Position numbers and translations under genes: made by a program. Positions 40,020 through 55,649 of a stretch of 64,000 bases of DNA are shown in pieces (within the stretch, counting starts at the first letter, position 1; each line of letters starts with the position of its first letter). The stretch is taken from NCBI RefSeq assembly GCF_006345805.1, contig NC_042999.1:20150001-20214000 (forward strand), in the 5' to 3' direction. Origin of the DNA: Octopus sinensis. Taxonomy: Eukaryota. Under the pieces are notes generated by a model, which saw nothing but the letters and a program-made list of their open reading frames with translations, made no database searches and was not told where the DNA came from.

Positions 40020-40880
40020 TTGTTATATTTAAAGTAATTGAAAGAAACACAGAGCATCTCAAAATAAATACAGTAATGAAAGGGTTAAAGCTCTATAAAG
40101 GAATTACAACCGTGTTTCGTGGTCTGCTACCACAACAGCTCCTTTATAGGATCCAGTTAGCTCAAGACATCATCAGGAGGAACCATGTCCGGTTTCCGCC
40201 CCTACTCCTCTGCCGTTTTGACGTGCCCCCCCCCTTCGGAGGTGTCTTCAGCTCTGGTGTTGGGTGCATGTCTTCTTTCTTCTGTTCCCTGGCCTCTTCA
40301 ATGTATCTTCAGTGAGTGTCAGCCGGTGACTGACTGTCTTGTCAAATTTCTCCCTTTAGATACCTGCAGCATAGACTCCAGCAGGCAGCCCCAGCAAGTT
40401 GTCACGTGACACTGTCTCACCTTAACTGACTAGTGAAGGCGCGTAGTTTTAGCCGTGCTTTTTGTAAACGACAGTCACCTGTCAGTCAGCTTGTCTCACC
40501 TAATGATGTTATTTCCCGTCAGCGTGTTTATGACTTTCAAGCCATTTTCGGTCTTCCTGCTTCAGCCATATATAGAAGCTGGCTTTTTCGACCGCCTCCT
40601 GTACATCTTTTATTTTTACTAACACATTTGAATGATGCCTCGCTTCTATTCAGTGTCCCCTCTGCCACCATATAGTCTCTTTTGTTTTTTTTTCTGAAGG
40701 TAAGACAACAGCTGTAGAAACATATTTTGCCTTAGTAGATGCCATCAGGACATCAATAGTCCTATTTCGTCTTCCCTTCAGACAATTAAACTATCTCTTC
40801 CTAATTGGCATATCAACTTTTGGAATTTATTGGTAGCTGTGATTCTTTTCCCTCTTCCTTTGGAAGAGGTTTCAACCAAT
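40020..40880 (-). pseudogene. Possible decayed HERO-like (RLE-type) non-LTR 3' end
   Basis: Minus strand IKDVQEAVEKASFYIWLKQEDRKW resembles the AAEKAS.W.W.KR C-terminus; recognised from memory only. Confidence 0.4.
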
Positions 40881-41159
40881 CATTCCAGCCTATCTTGACT
40901 GTTATCACCATCATCATTTCATCATCATCATTATCATCATCATTTCCTGTCCATTTTCCATGCTGGCATGGGGATGGATAGTTTAACAGGAGTTGGTAAG
41001 ACCAGGGGCCACACCAAGCTTCATTGTCTGTTCGGGCATAGTTTCTATGGTTGGATACCCTTTCTAATTCTAGCCACTTTACAGAGTATACTCAGTGCTT
41101 TTTACATGGTGCCAGCACCAGTGCTCTCTCTCTCTCTCAATATAATATATATATATATA

Positions 41160-41545
41160 ATAGAGCAGGAGTGGCTGTGTGGTAAGTAGCTTGTTTACCA
41201 ACCACATGGTTCCGGGTTCAGTCCCACTGCATGGCATCTTGGGCAAGTGTCATCTGCTATAGCCCCGGGCCGACCAATGCCTTGTGAGTGGATTTGGTAG
41301 ACGGAAACTGAAAGAAGCCTGTCGTATATATGTATGTGTTTGTATGTCTGTGTTTGTCCCCCTAGCATTGATTGACAACCGATGCTGGTGTGTTTACGTC
41401 CCCGTCACTTAGCAGTTTGGCAAAAGAGCCTGATAGAATAAGTACTGGGCTTACAAAGAATAAGTTCCAGGGTCGATTTGCTTGACTAAAGGCAGTGCTC
41501 CAGCATGGCTGCAGTCAAATGACTGAAACAAGTAAAAAAACAAAA
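41160..41545 (+). mobile_element. SINE family A
   Basis: Consensus match. Confidence 0.9.
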
Positions 41546-41786
41546 GAAAATGTAAACTTATTAAGTAACCGTTTTGAACTAGGAGTATTTTGTATATGTT
41601 GTACTACTTGTACCTTTAAATATTTTTTAAAATAGCATTCTGATATTCCTAAATTTTAGATCTTAATGTTTTTTTAAAAACCAATAAGGAAATAGCATAA
41701 TCCTGTTATATTTTATTATTTAATCAGCAATAGTTATTAAGAAACTTAATAACATAAGCAAATTGAATAAAGTTGAATACAAATTT

Positions 41787-43918
41787 ATAAATTTTTAAAA
41801 TTATTACATAAATTCTATATATCTAATAAAGTTATTAAGTTGTATACTTAATCCAAAATAAGTTTAAAAGATTTGGTAATTTTCATATCTATTTCTGCTA
41901 GAATTCTACTCCACCTAATCCTTTTCGATATTATAAATATTACCTTTATATAGGCCTAAATTATTATACTCCATATAACTACACTTCACTCTTAATACAA
42001 AATATAGGATTTCCATATTAAATAATTCTATTTCCATTTTTTAAATTTACATTTTGGTTACCTCCCTTCCATTGTATTTTAAGGATTTTGGTATGTGTGC
42101 CAATTAATACCTTATTTACTAGGAATATTCTCATAAAAAGTTCTTCTAAATCCTCTTAATTAATATTGAAAACCTGATAAAGAATAGATAATAATATCTA
42201 AGTTACTTGGTTTCTATTTCTCTAAAACAATTCTACCCTCATGATCTTTGTATGTATTAGAAAGCTTTATAAAAATAAATTATAAACAAATAAGTAGATA
42301 AAATTTTATAAGTATCAATTAATAATTAAAAATTATTATATAAGGATTAATAATAGCATTTTCTTAAATCTATAATAAAATCTATAATTTTATAAAAGTT
42401 TTGTTAATAATATAATTTTTGCCCAATAACTTGATTATCTCTTTACCTGGCATTAAACACTAGTCATTTACAGATATTCTCATGATAAGTAAATATAAAT
42501 CTTAGTCTATATATAGAATTATAAAAAAATTTCTTCTAACAACTTACCTTATCTATTAATATAAACAAGCTAGGTATATTCTATAAGTTTTCAGAGCACA
42601 AATCTGTTCTACCCCTTGTTTGTAATATTCTACAGGAATTTATATTTATTTTTATTATACTCATTTACATTTCTTTTTTTAATTTTAAACCATTTTCTCT
42701 TACTTATTTGCTCACTATATCATTTTATTTATAATATATTTCTATAAATTTCATACTCAGCCTATATAAAACTATACTGGATTATTTCACTGTTTATTTT
42801 ATAATACAAGAAATATGTTCTAAAATTATTAGCATATAAAAATATATAAATTTTTAAAATTATTACATAAATTCTATATATCTAATAAAGTTATTAAGTT
42901 GTATACTTAATCCCAAATAAGTTTAAAAGATTTGGTAATTTTCATATCTATTTCTGCTAGAATTCTACTCCACCTAATCCTTTTCGATATTATAAATATT
43001 ACCTTTATATAGGCCTAAATTATTATACTCCATATAACTACACTTCACTCTTAATACAAAATATAGGATTTCCATATTAAATAATTCTATTTCCATTTTT
43101 TAAATTTACATTTTGGTTACCTCCCTTCCATTGTATTTTAAGGATTTTGGTATGTGTGCCAATTAATACCTTATTTACTAGGAATATTCTCATAAAAAGT
43201 TCTTCTAAATCCTCTTAATTAATATTGAAAACCTGATAAAGAATAGATAATAATATCTAAGTTACTTGGTTTCTATTTCTCTAAAACAATTCTACCCTCA
43301 TGATCTTTGTATGTATTAGAAAGCTTTATAAAAATAAATTATAAACAAATAAGTAGATAAAATTTTATAAGTATCAATTAATAATTAAAAATTATTATAT
43401 AAGGATTAATAATAGCATTTTCTTAAATCTATAATAAAATCTATAATTTTATAAAAGTTTTGTTAATAATATAATTTTTGCCCAATAACTTGATTATCTC
43501 TTTACCTGGCATTAAACACTAGTCATTTACAGATATTCTCATGATAAGTAAATATAAATCTTAGTCTATATATAGAATTATAAAAAAATTTCTTCTAACA
43601 ACTTACCTTATCTATTAATATAAACAAGCTAGGTATATTCTATAAGTTTTCAGAGCACAAATCTGTTCTACCCCTTGTTTGTAATATTCTACAGGAATTT
43701 ATATTTATTTTTATTATACTCATTTACATTTCTTTTTTTAATTTTAAACCATTTTCTCTTACTTATTTGCTCACTATATCATTTTATTTATAATATATTT
43801 CTATAAATTTCATACTCAGCCTATATAAAACTATACTGGATTATTTCACTGTTTATTTTATAATACAAGAAATATGTTCTAAAATTATTAGCATATAAAA
43901 ATATATAAATTTTAAAAA
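41787..43918. repeat. Near-perfect tandem duplication, 1059-bp period, of very AT-rich DNA (probable decayed CR1-like RT on the minus strand)
   Basis: TTATTACATA at 41801 and 42860; TAATACAAGA at 42802 and 43861; minus-strand LYANN at 42825-42839 and 43884-43898. Confidence 0.9.
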
Positions 43919-44795
43919 TTTTCCTTTAATTTAACTTATTAATACCAAAAATTACTATTTAATAATTAACTATAAATATATGTTAAGTTAGTATAAAAAT
44001 TATATAAATATGGAATTATTTCTATATTTTCCATCTCTCTATTGTGTAAAATACTGACATATTCTGAAATCTTTTTAATGTGTGTGTGAAAAAAACTCTC
44101 TAAAATGTACCTATGTATATCATATTAACACTGAGTTTATGGTTGTCAGATAGTTAAATATTATAAGTTTTAGTCTCCCTACCCCATCAGCTTTAGCCTG
44201 CAAATTTGGCTGAAATATATTCTTACTGAACCAAATGGTTTTCTTCAAAGAAATCTTGATTTATGACTCTGCCATTTAAACTGTCTTTTTACCCTATCCA
44301 TAAAAGATAGATTCTAGTTTCCATTAGACTTGATAAACAAGTCTATAAATTAGAATTAAAACCCCCACCCCATTAGTAAATCTGAATAACAAATTAAAAT
44401 CAATGATAAGCAGTGTCTTCCTGTGAAAAAAATATCAGTTACAGGTATGATGTTGTTGATGAAACATGTTCTTCGTCTATCTACTTATCCTCTTAGTGAT
44501 TTTGGTTAATAGAATAACTATACAAATGAATCCTTCGAATTTAACTAAATTCTATATTTTTATGCAGCTGAAGATTGCTCTACATTTTAAAACTGATGTA
44601 ATATTTGCATTGTTCAATTAAAAGTAGTCGCATGAAACGATCGTACTGCATTACCTCTGGATATCCTTGTTGCTTATTTTGATTGTAATCAACCCATTTT
44701 GAATTATAATAATTATGGATAATACCATACTAAATTCTGGTGCCTTTAACTTGAGTACCATATTCAACTGAATCTAAATTTTACTGAACTTATAT

Positions 44796-44913
<118 letters not shown>

Positions 44914-45193
44914 ATTAATTAATAAGGTGAGAGAATTAGATACTAATTTAATAGTATATCTATTCAACACCAAGTGGCCTAGTGCTCCGAGAAACCTGGA
45001 TTATTATAATATTTTATAATATATTATAATATTTTTACAAAATAAATATAAGAGAGTGGTCACTATATGGCTCACTCTAGCACCAGTTAATCCAAAAGGT
45101 TTCAACCACGAAAATACATGTTTCCCATGAAAGTCAGTACGATTGTTAGCTCACACAGACAGGGCAAATAAAAAATAACAAAAATACAGATTA

Positions 45194-45276
45194 TTTTGGG
45201 ACAACTGTTTCGCTACTAATGAATTAAATGTAATTTTACTTACAAAAAAAATCCATTTGTAGCTCGTCAGCCAAAA
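45194..45276 (-). ncRNA. Type I hammerhead ribozyme, canonical core
   Basis: Reverse complement of 46065-46146, with one extra base in the stem II homopolymer. Confidence 0.85.
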
Positions 45277-46064
45277 CTATCTGGATGAAATCCACTCAAT
45301 CACACGCCAGATTTTACCATAACGATAAATACGCGTGTGGTTCAATTGATTACATCCGACGTTATAATTCAAATGCCCCAACTAACAGCGCGCCAAACTC
45401 TCACGGAAAACAAATACAGCACTTAGAAATAAATGCAGCATAATTATAATTAATTAATAAGGGTGAGAGAATTAGATACTAATTTAATAGTATATCTATT
45501 CAACACCAAGTGGCCTAGTGCTCCGAGAAACCTGGATTATTATAATATTTTATAATATATTATAATATTTTTACAAAATAAATATAAGAGAGTGGTCACT
45601 ATATGGCTCACTCTAGCACCAGTTAATCCAAAAGGTTTCAACCACGAAAATACATGTTTCCATCGTACTGACTTTCATGGGAAACATGTATTTTCGTGGT
45701 TGAAACCTTTTGGATTAACTGGTGCTAGAGTGAGCCATATAGTGACCACTCTCTTATATTTATTTTGTAAAAATATTATAATATATTATAAAATATTATA
45801 ATAATCCAGGTTTCTCGGAGCACTAGGCCACTTGGTGTTGAATAGATATACTATTAAATTAGTATCTAATTCTCTCACCCTTATTAATTAATTATAATTA
45901 TGCTGCATTTATTTCTAAGTGCTGTATTTGTTTTCCGTGAGAGTTTGGCGCGCTGTTAGTTGGGGCATTTGAATTATAACGTCGGATGTAATCAATTGAA
46001 CCACACGCGTATTTATCGTTATGGTAAAATCTGGCGTGTGATTGAGTGGATTTCATCCAGATAG

Positions 46065-46146
46065 TTTTGGCTGACGAGCTACAAATGGATTTTTTTGTAA
46101 GTAAAATTACATTTAATTCATTAGTAGCGAAACAGTTGTCCCAAAA
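46065..46146 (+). ncRNA. Type I hammerhead ribozyme, canonical core, predicted GUC cleavage after 46140
   Basis: TTTTGG-CTGACGA-GCTAC...GTAGC-GAAAC-AGTT-GTC-CCAAAA: stem I 6 bp, extended stem II, 2-bp stem III with near-palindromic loop. Confidence 0.88.
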
Positions 46147-46302
46147 TAATCTGTATTTTTGTTATTTTTTATTTGCCCTGTCCGTGTGAGCTAACAATCG
46201 TACTGACTTTCATGGGAAACATGTATTTTCGTGGTTGAAACCTTTTGGATTAACTGGTGCTAGAGTGAGCCATATAGTGACCACTCTCTTATATTTATTA
46301 TT

Positions 46303-46339
<37 letters not shown>

Positions 46340-46342
<3 letters not shown>

Positions 46343-46800
46343 TTAAAATAATGAGGTTAGAAATTGATATTAATCAATTAAAACCAGTGGCCTAGCATAT
46401 TTAAAAAATCCAAAGATTAAAAATTACATACAAATTAAGAGGAATGACCACCAAAGTGGACTCCTAATATGATAAAGATAGATGTCAAATCGCCTAACCA
46501 TGAATAGTGTGTTCTTAAGAAAAAAATTCAGGAAAACGCCAGAATGTAAAAATGAGTAAAACAAATGAAAATACACTAGAGAAAAAACATGAGCATTCTG
46601 TGTCTAGTTCCGGAAATTGTGTTTTGTCAGTGACAAATATCTTACAGCTGTTTCAGCCAAGAGGCAAAAATACCTCATTCTACCTTTATCACTCCAGTAG
46701 AATGAAGTAATAAGTAGATGAGATTGAGGTACTTGGATGTTGCTCTGGGCTTCGTCACAGATTTTAGAAAGGTTATTTATAAGGTTAAGTTATAAATAAA
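46340..46800 (-). mobile_element. (TA)n-flanked element with hammerhead motif carrying C3G (46639-46762)
   Basis: Minus strand ATCT-GTGACGA-AGCC..(~90 nt)..GGCT-GAAAC-AGCT-GTA-AGAT. Confidence 0.65.
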
Positions 46801-47137
46801 TATAAATATAAAAATAAATAAATACACCCACATTTACATACTTATACATATACAAATATAAATATACATAAATACATACACTTAAATGTACACTTAAATG
46901 TACATACATATTTACATTTATAAGCATACACAATAATCAATTATAATAATTATTATTATTATCATTATTATCATTATTATTATTACTATTATTATCATCA
47001 TCATCATCGTCATCATCATCATCATTATTAATATTATTATTATTATTTTTATTATTATCATTAGATGCATTTTATTATTCATATTAGATAAAATATAAGC
47101 AGAGGTATGAGAAAGTTATAAGATATATATATATATA

Positions 47138-47435
47138 TCATCATCATCATCATCATCATCATCGTTTAACGTCCGTTCTCCATGCTAGCATGGGTTGGAC
47201 GGTTCGACCGGGGTTCTGGGAAGCCAGAAGGCTGCACCAGGCTCCAGTCTAATCTGGCAATGTTTCTACAGCTGGATGCCCTTCCTAACGCCAACCACTC
47301 CGTGAGTGTAGTGGGTGCTTTTTACGTGCCACCTGCACAGGTGCCAGGCGAGGCTGGCAACGGCCATGGTCGGATTGGTGTATTTTATGTGCCACCGGCA
47401 TGGAAGCCAGTCGAGGCGGTGCTGGCATCGGCCAC
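47138..47435 (-). mobile_element. RTE LINE 3'-UTR fragment
   Basis: Consensus match; CAT tail abutting (TA)n. Confidence 0.9.
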
Positions 47436-48303
47436 ATATATAAATATATATATACATATACACACATACATGTTTGTAGACATAATGTTAACATTGTAAC
47501 ACGGTGTCAGGAAATAAATTTTAATGTTCTATAAAACGTTATATTATGGAACAAAGCACAGTCTATCCACCAGTAATTCAAACAATTTATTTGACTCCAG
47601 AAGAATGAAACCCAACATTGGCTTCAGTGAAATTTCAACTCAAAGACAAGAATTCAGAAATTACACCACAAGGCTATTCATGTAAAACTTTAACAACTGC
47701 ACCATATCACCATCTTTATAAACTTTTAAAACTTCGTGGTTATTACTTAGAAGATCGTAGTTCTGAGAATATCGTTATATTTCATTACATCATTTAAACA
47801 TTACCCTTGAAGCTTTACATATAAGCAAATATCTTTATGGACGTAATATATATACTCTCTGACTAAGTTACTTACTAAAGGGCATATGTGAAATGCCAAA
47901 ATATGAATGCATTCACCTGCTTGCGTCTCTCTTCAGATAACTAAACATTAATTGAATACATATATAATTCATGAAGATCTCAATTGAAATTTCATTTATG
48001 TCATTATTTATATTTGTGCATTGTCAACAATATATTGGAGAAACTTTATACATTTGTGTATGACATTCAGTCTGGTGCAGCTTAACAAGCTTTTTGAAAA
48101 CATTCTCTTTAGCATTTGAAATATGCAGCCATATCTGCATGGCTGTGAGGTTAAGTATTTTCTTCCCCAATGATGTCATTGTGGAAGAAGCATCTTAACT
48201 GCAGAGTCTGTCTGCATCGCAACTTGGTCAAGTGTGTTCTGCAAACTTTCTTGGGCGGATCGAAATCTTCAGATTAGAATTGGTAGAAAATTGAAGTAGC
48301 TTA

Positions 48304-48465
48304 TAGGCGCAGGAGTGGCTGTGTGATAAGTAGCTTGCTTACCAACCACATGGTTTCGTGTGCATTCCCACTGCATGGCACCTTGGGCAAGTGTCTTCTA
48401 CTATAGCCTTGAGCCAACCAAAGCCTTGTAAGTGGATTTGGTAGATGGAATATGAAAGAAGCCCG

Positions 48466-48506
<41 letters not shown>

Positions 48507-48950
48507 GTCTATTAACTATACATTATTCATAGAAGAATACAGTGTATATTCAAACACATAAGAGATGACCAATGATAGGACATCTGACTCACTAGAAAGA
48601 GCTGTTAAAATTCCAAGCCACTAATAATTGCAATTCTGAAAGAGAATGAAAAATAAAAACATTTACCCAATTTTTCCCGGACTACCCTAAGATTTTTAAT
48701 TAATTATATATATATATATGTGTGTGTGTGTGCACATATGTTTGAGTCTGTGTTTGTCCCCACAACATCGCTTGACAACCGATGGTGATGTGCTTACGTC
48801 CCTGTAACTTAGCAGTTCGGCAAAAGGGACCGATAGAATAAGTACTAGGCTTCAAAAAGATTAAGTCCTGTGGTCGATTTGCTTGACTAAAGGCACTGCC
48901 CCAGCATGGCCACAGTCAAATGACTGAAACATGTAAAAGAGTAAAAGAGA
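48304..48950 (+). mobile_element. SINE family A split by a ~200-bp insertion (48503-48705) in its TA tract
   Basis: 5' half ends near 48470, 3' half resumes near 48720. Confidence 0.85.
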
Positions 48951-49274
48951 GTTTTTAATGTTTATATCTTGTACTTGTTTCAGTCATAGGACTGTGTCCA
49001 CACTACAGAATCTCTTTGAAGTGTTTAATCAAAGAAATTGACTCCTGTATTTTAATTTACTTTGGGACCTGTACTTATTCTTTTGGTTACTTTTGATGTT
49101 TTTTTTGCTGAACTGCTTGGACACAAGAATGTAAACAAACCAGCATCATTTGTCAAGCAATGACATGATCAAATACAGTCTCACATACACACACACACAT
49201 GCACAAATACACCCACATACACATGCACACACACACACACACAAATGCACATGCACATACATACACATTTATGA

Positions 49275-50205
49275 CACCATTTGAGCGTGATCATTGCCAG
49301 TACCGCCAGACTGGCCCTTGTGTCGGTGACACATAAAAGCTCTCACTACACTCTTGGAGTGGTTGGTGTTAGGAAGGGCATCCAGCTGTAGAAACTCTCG
49401 CCAGATCAGATTGGAGCCTGGTGCAGCCATCTGGTTCACCAGTCCTTAGTCAAATCATCCAACCCATGCTAGCATGGAAAGCGGATGTAAAATGATGATG
49501 ATGAGGAGGAGGAGGAAATGCAAAACAACACCACAGAGGAATCGACATAAGCTTAGATAATAAACCATGATAGATATACTGCGATATGGCAAGAGATTAC
49601 TGTATATCTATGTGTGTCTTTGTGTCTCTGTGCCAAGGTTTGCCTCTCACCACCACTTGACAACTGGTGTTGGTGTGTTTACATCCGCATACCTTAGCAA
49701 TTCAGCAAAAGAAACCAATAGAATAAATAACAGGCTTAAAAAGACATAAGTCAACTAAAACCCTTCTAAGTGGTGCCCAAGCATGGCCATAGTCAAACGT
49801 CTGATACAAGTAAATGAATCTGTACTTCTTTATAGTTTCATACAATTTTAATATTCATAAGACCTGTTGAGGCAAGTGAAATCGAAATCGATCAAAATTC
49901 AATGGAAATTGCAGTTGTGATACCAGTGCAGATGGCACGTAAAAGAACCATCCAAACGTGGCCGTTGCCAGTGCCACCTCGACTGGCCGTTGCCTACCTC
50001 GCCTGGCACCTGTGCCAATGGCACGTAAAAAGGCACCCACTACACTCACGGAGTGGGTGACAGGAAGGGCATCCAGCTGTAAAAACACTGCCAGATCAGA
50101 CTGAAGCCTGGTGCAGCCTCCTAGCTTGCCAGACCCCAGTAAAACCGTCCAACCCATGCTAGCATGGAAAGTGGACGTTAAACGATGATGATGATGATGA
50201 TGATG
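49275..50205 (+). mobile_element. Two RTE 3'-UTR fragments (49275-49510, 49855-50205) and an old SINE A 3' half (49600-49820)
   Basis: Consensus matches. Confidence 0.8.
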
Positions 50206-50533
50206 AACTTCAACATGGCATTATTCCCTCATGAAAAATAATAGACAAGCATTTACTAGAGGTTTTTAGCTGCTAAATCAGAAGAACAAGTGACTCAATA
50301 AAAACAATCTCTGCTTATAGCAGTTAGTATGCCATCAATACTCATAGTTCTGGATTCAGTTTTTTTTTTAAATATTCTCTTTTGTTTTACTCATTGTATT
50401 ATAATATCAGCAATACATTTTACACCCCACCCACACAGGCACTATCATTTTCGATATCAGTGATATGGTCGTTAGCATAACCACTGTCAGCACTGCGAAC
50501 TCCATACGTAACATAAAAGCAAATTATATACAT

Positions 50534-50570
<37 letters not shown>

Positions 50571-50779
50571 GACCAGTAATTTAAGCTTTTATTGAAACTT
50601 GTTAACTGATTACATCAAAATATAATTTTTTTTCTCTGTTTTTTTTGTGTGTTTTTTTTGTGTGTTTTCTTCTTTATCTCTTAGTGGAGTATCACATAGT
50701 AAAATAAGAATGGATGTAATTAAACGATCTAAATCAAACATAAATATCTGTTGAAAAGTAATATATAAAACAAACCAAA

Positions 50780-52500
<1,721 letters not shown>

Positions 52501-54141
52501 ATAATATGTATTTTTATATGCATATAAAGCAAAGCTGGCAAGTGTCAGCTTTACTGTTTCAAAGTAATCATTTTAGTCTTGACTCCCATTAATTTCTTAA
52601 TTATCCTTACTCTCTGATGTCTGGCCTTAATATGTTACTTAATAGCTTCCCTTGATCCAATCTACCCTGACTACCATTCATTCAATACACACCAACGTCA
52701 TTTTCTTTCTTCTACTTTCACTTTCTCTTTTACATTCTATATCTGTATTAAACTCTTACACTAATGATATGATATTACGTAAGCATATCATCATAAAACC
52801 ATTCACCTAATGCATTAGATTAGCCGTGTTCATATGATGTGCAACAGAGGGTGTGATATTGCATAAAGCACTGTGGACAATTCTGCAAGGCCTGCCTGCC
52901 GCATTGCTTAATGGATGGTAGACAATCTTATATGGTTTGCTAATCATTTCAATGGAAACCAACAATAAAATGCTCCTTGCGAAATTTCTTTCTGATAATA
53001 GCTGCACTTTTATTGAGGATGATTGAATTTCATATGGTTAAGGTACATCAGTTTTCTTGCTTCAACCTACACTTGTAATTAATGCATCTATCTAATTATA
53101 AAATGGATAATAAGCCATGCAACTTCATTCATTATATCATTCTAACCTCTACATATAAAACCAAATTAGAGTTTTTGAAGTCGTTAATGATGCTTAGCAC
53201 CAGGTCAATTTCTGATCAAGTAGGCTCATAACCTAATGCATTCCATCTAGGACCAATCCAATGATCTTTTTTTTCTGGAATAATCTATTTAAGATTATGG
53301 TTTGCAAAGATTAATTCCAATTACAAGAATATATGGTGAGATTTGAAGAAATTTGGCAGCAGTTTTTTGTAGATCTCGTGACCACAGACAGTGACTCAAG
53401 TTCTTGTGACAGTTTTTGAAATAAAAGACCCATGTTATGATGTTTTGAAAACAAGATTCCTGCATCTCTTATTATTTATTTGTTTCAGTCATTAGACTGT
53501 GACCATGCTGGGGCACCACTTTGAAGAATTTTTAGTTGATCTTATCATCCACAGTATTTATTATCCTTTTGTGAAGCTTGGTACTTATTCGATCAGTCTC
53601 TTTTGCCAAACCACTAAGTTCCAGGGACATAAACACAGCAACACCGGTTGTCAAGTAGTGGGGAGGACAAACATATGCATAAAGACACACATATGCACAC
53701 ACAAACAAACACATATTCGGATTCAGCCTGAAAAATTACATCAATATACCAAATCTGAAAATTTTTCCTAAATTTTAGAATTTCCAAATATGTACTAGCA
53801 AACAAAACGATACTATTTCTCTCCTGAGGCCAATTCCATAGAGGAATATCTGCCATCCTTTCACTACAATATGCATTCTTTTTTTCTATTGCAGTGTAAT
53901 CTAATTGAACAGACCAAGGCTTGAAAGTCTTTCAGTTATGACAATCTTGTCTGTGTTTCAGAAAGTGCATGTACGAGTATTTCTTTAATAAATTTTACCC
54001 TTGTTCTAACAATTTTCACAATCTCCCTTCCCACTACATCATCATCACCAACACTGCCATCATCATCATTTTCATCTTTTTCATCATCACCACGTTTTCA
54101 AATTCCTTACCACCGAAATCACTGCCATTTTCAAATTCATT

Positions 54142-54172
<31 letters not shown>

Positions 54173-54499
54173 TCATTATCATCATCATCATCATCATCGG
54201 TAGTAGTACCATTATCACCCCCCCCCCCAACATTACTATCACCTCAACAACAACCACATCCACCACAATCATCATCATTGTTGTCATCATTGATTGAACC
54301 CATGGCCCCATGTTCAAGAAGCCAGCTTTTTATCCACCCGATCACGATCACAAATTCGTGAATTCAAATCTTATCATGATACAAGAGCCATTGTTAACTG
54401 TCGTTGAGAATGACAAAACTTTCAGATTACTCCATCTTACTTGACACACAAAAATAAGTTACGCAAACATTTGTCCTTTAGGTGTGTTGTCATATGATA

Positions 54500-54780
54500 G
54501 TGTGAAGGCACGTGGCTTAGTGGTTAGGGGCTACTATTTTATGGAAGTCCAGCAGTCACCTATGCATACCAATCTTTCCTTTCCGCACCACCGATGTTAT
54601 CCAATAGAAAGGCAAAGGCACACACAGCTTGGTATCAGTGATGTCACAGCTCGCTTCTACAGTTGAGTGAACTGGAGCAATGTGAAATAAAAGGTCTTGC
54701 TCAAGAACACAACACACAGCCCTGTCCAGGAATCGAACTCATTACCTCATGATTGGGAGCCATGCACCTTCACTATGTCA
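54500..54780. mobile_element. SINE family D fragments: head on + (54500-54530) joined to an inverted body
   Basis: GTGAAGGCACGTGGCTTAGTGGTTAG followed by reverse-oriented family D sequence. Confidence 0.7.
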
Positions 54781-55274
54781 CCTTGTACCTCATAACTTAG
54801 CAGTTTGACGAATAGAAATTGGGAAATCAAACATCACATTTAAATAAATACATTGGTCAAAAACGATAGACTAAAACTTTTGAAGGTGCCACCCTAACAT
54901 GGTTATCATTCAATGAATAAAACCTCTGAAATTAAAAGCTTAAAAACCAAAAGAAATAAGAATGAAAAATGTAATAATGGAACACTATATTTGCAAAACT
55001 ACAAATTCTGGCAAATCTATACATGAATAAAATTAACAAAATAGCAATTATTGTAATTTCAGTTGATGTATTACAAGAATAACCATCAAGATGAACGTTT
55101 CTGTGACATTTTTATTGTCAAGTGGGAGTAACAAATTTCTGAATATTTTCAATTAAATTTATGATGAATACTAATCATGGACATTTACTGACTGGAAAGT
55201 AATTACAAGTGGCAGATTGAAATGTTATCTTCTTTCAATTGTCTGGAATTTTCTCAGGTACTATTCATACATAA

Positions 55275-55337
<63 letters not shown>

Positions 55338-55475
55338 CATATATGTACATTCATACATGCATACATATATATATTTAATTAGAAGTTGTGTTAACCTCGT
55401 GAAGGGATCGTTTCATCCAAGGAAAAACTGGTTCAATACCTAGTACCTTTGAGGAATTAATTCCCTTAAAATAAT

Positions 55476-55506
<31 letters not shown>

Positions 55507-55649
55507 CTCCTTCTAGACCATTGGTATCTATATATGTATATATACAAATATATTATATAGTTACACATAGATAGATATATATATATAGAAATATATAGAT
55601 ACACATTGATATATATATATACACACAAACGTACACACACATATATATA

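Noticed and set aside
41787-43918. Possible NUMT or organellar insertion because of extreme AT content
   Set aside because: No recognisable mitochondrial rRNA, tRNA or cox/nad motifs; residual motifs fit a non-LTR RT better
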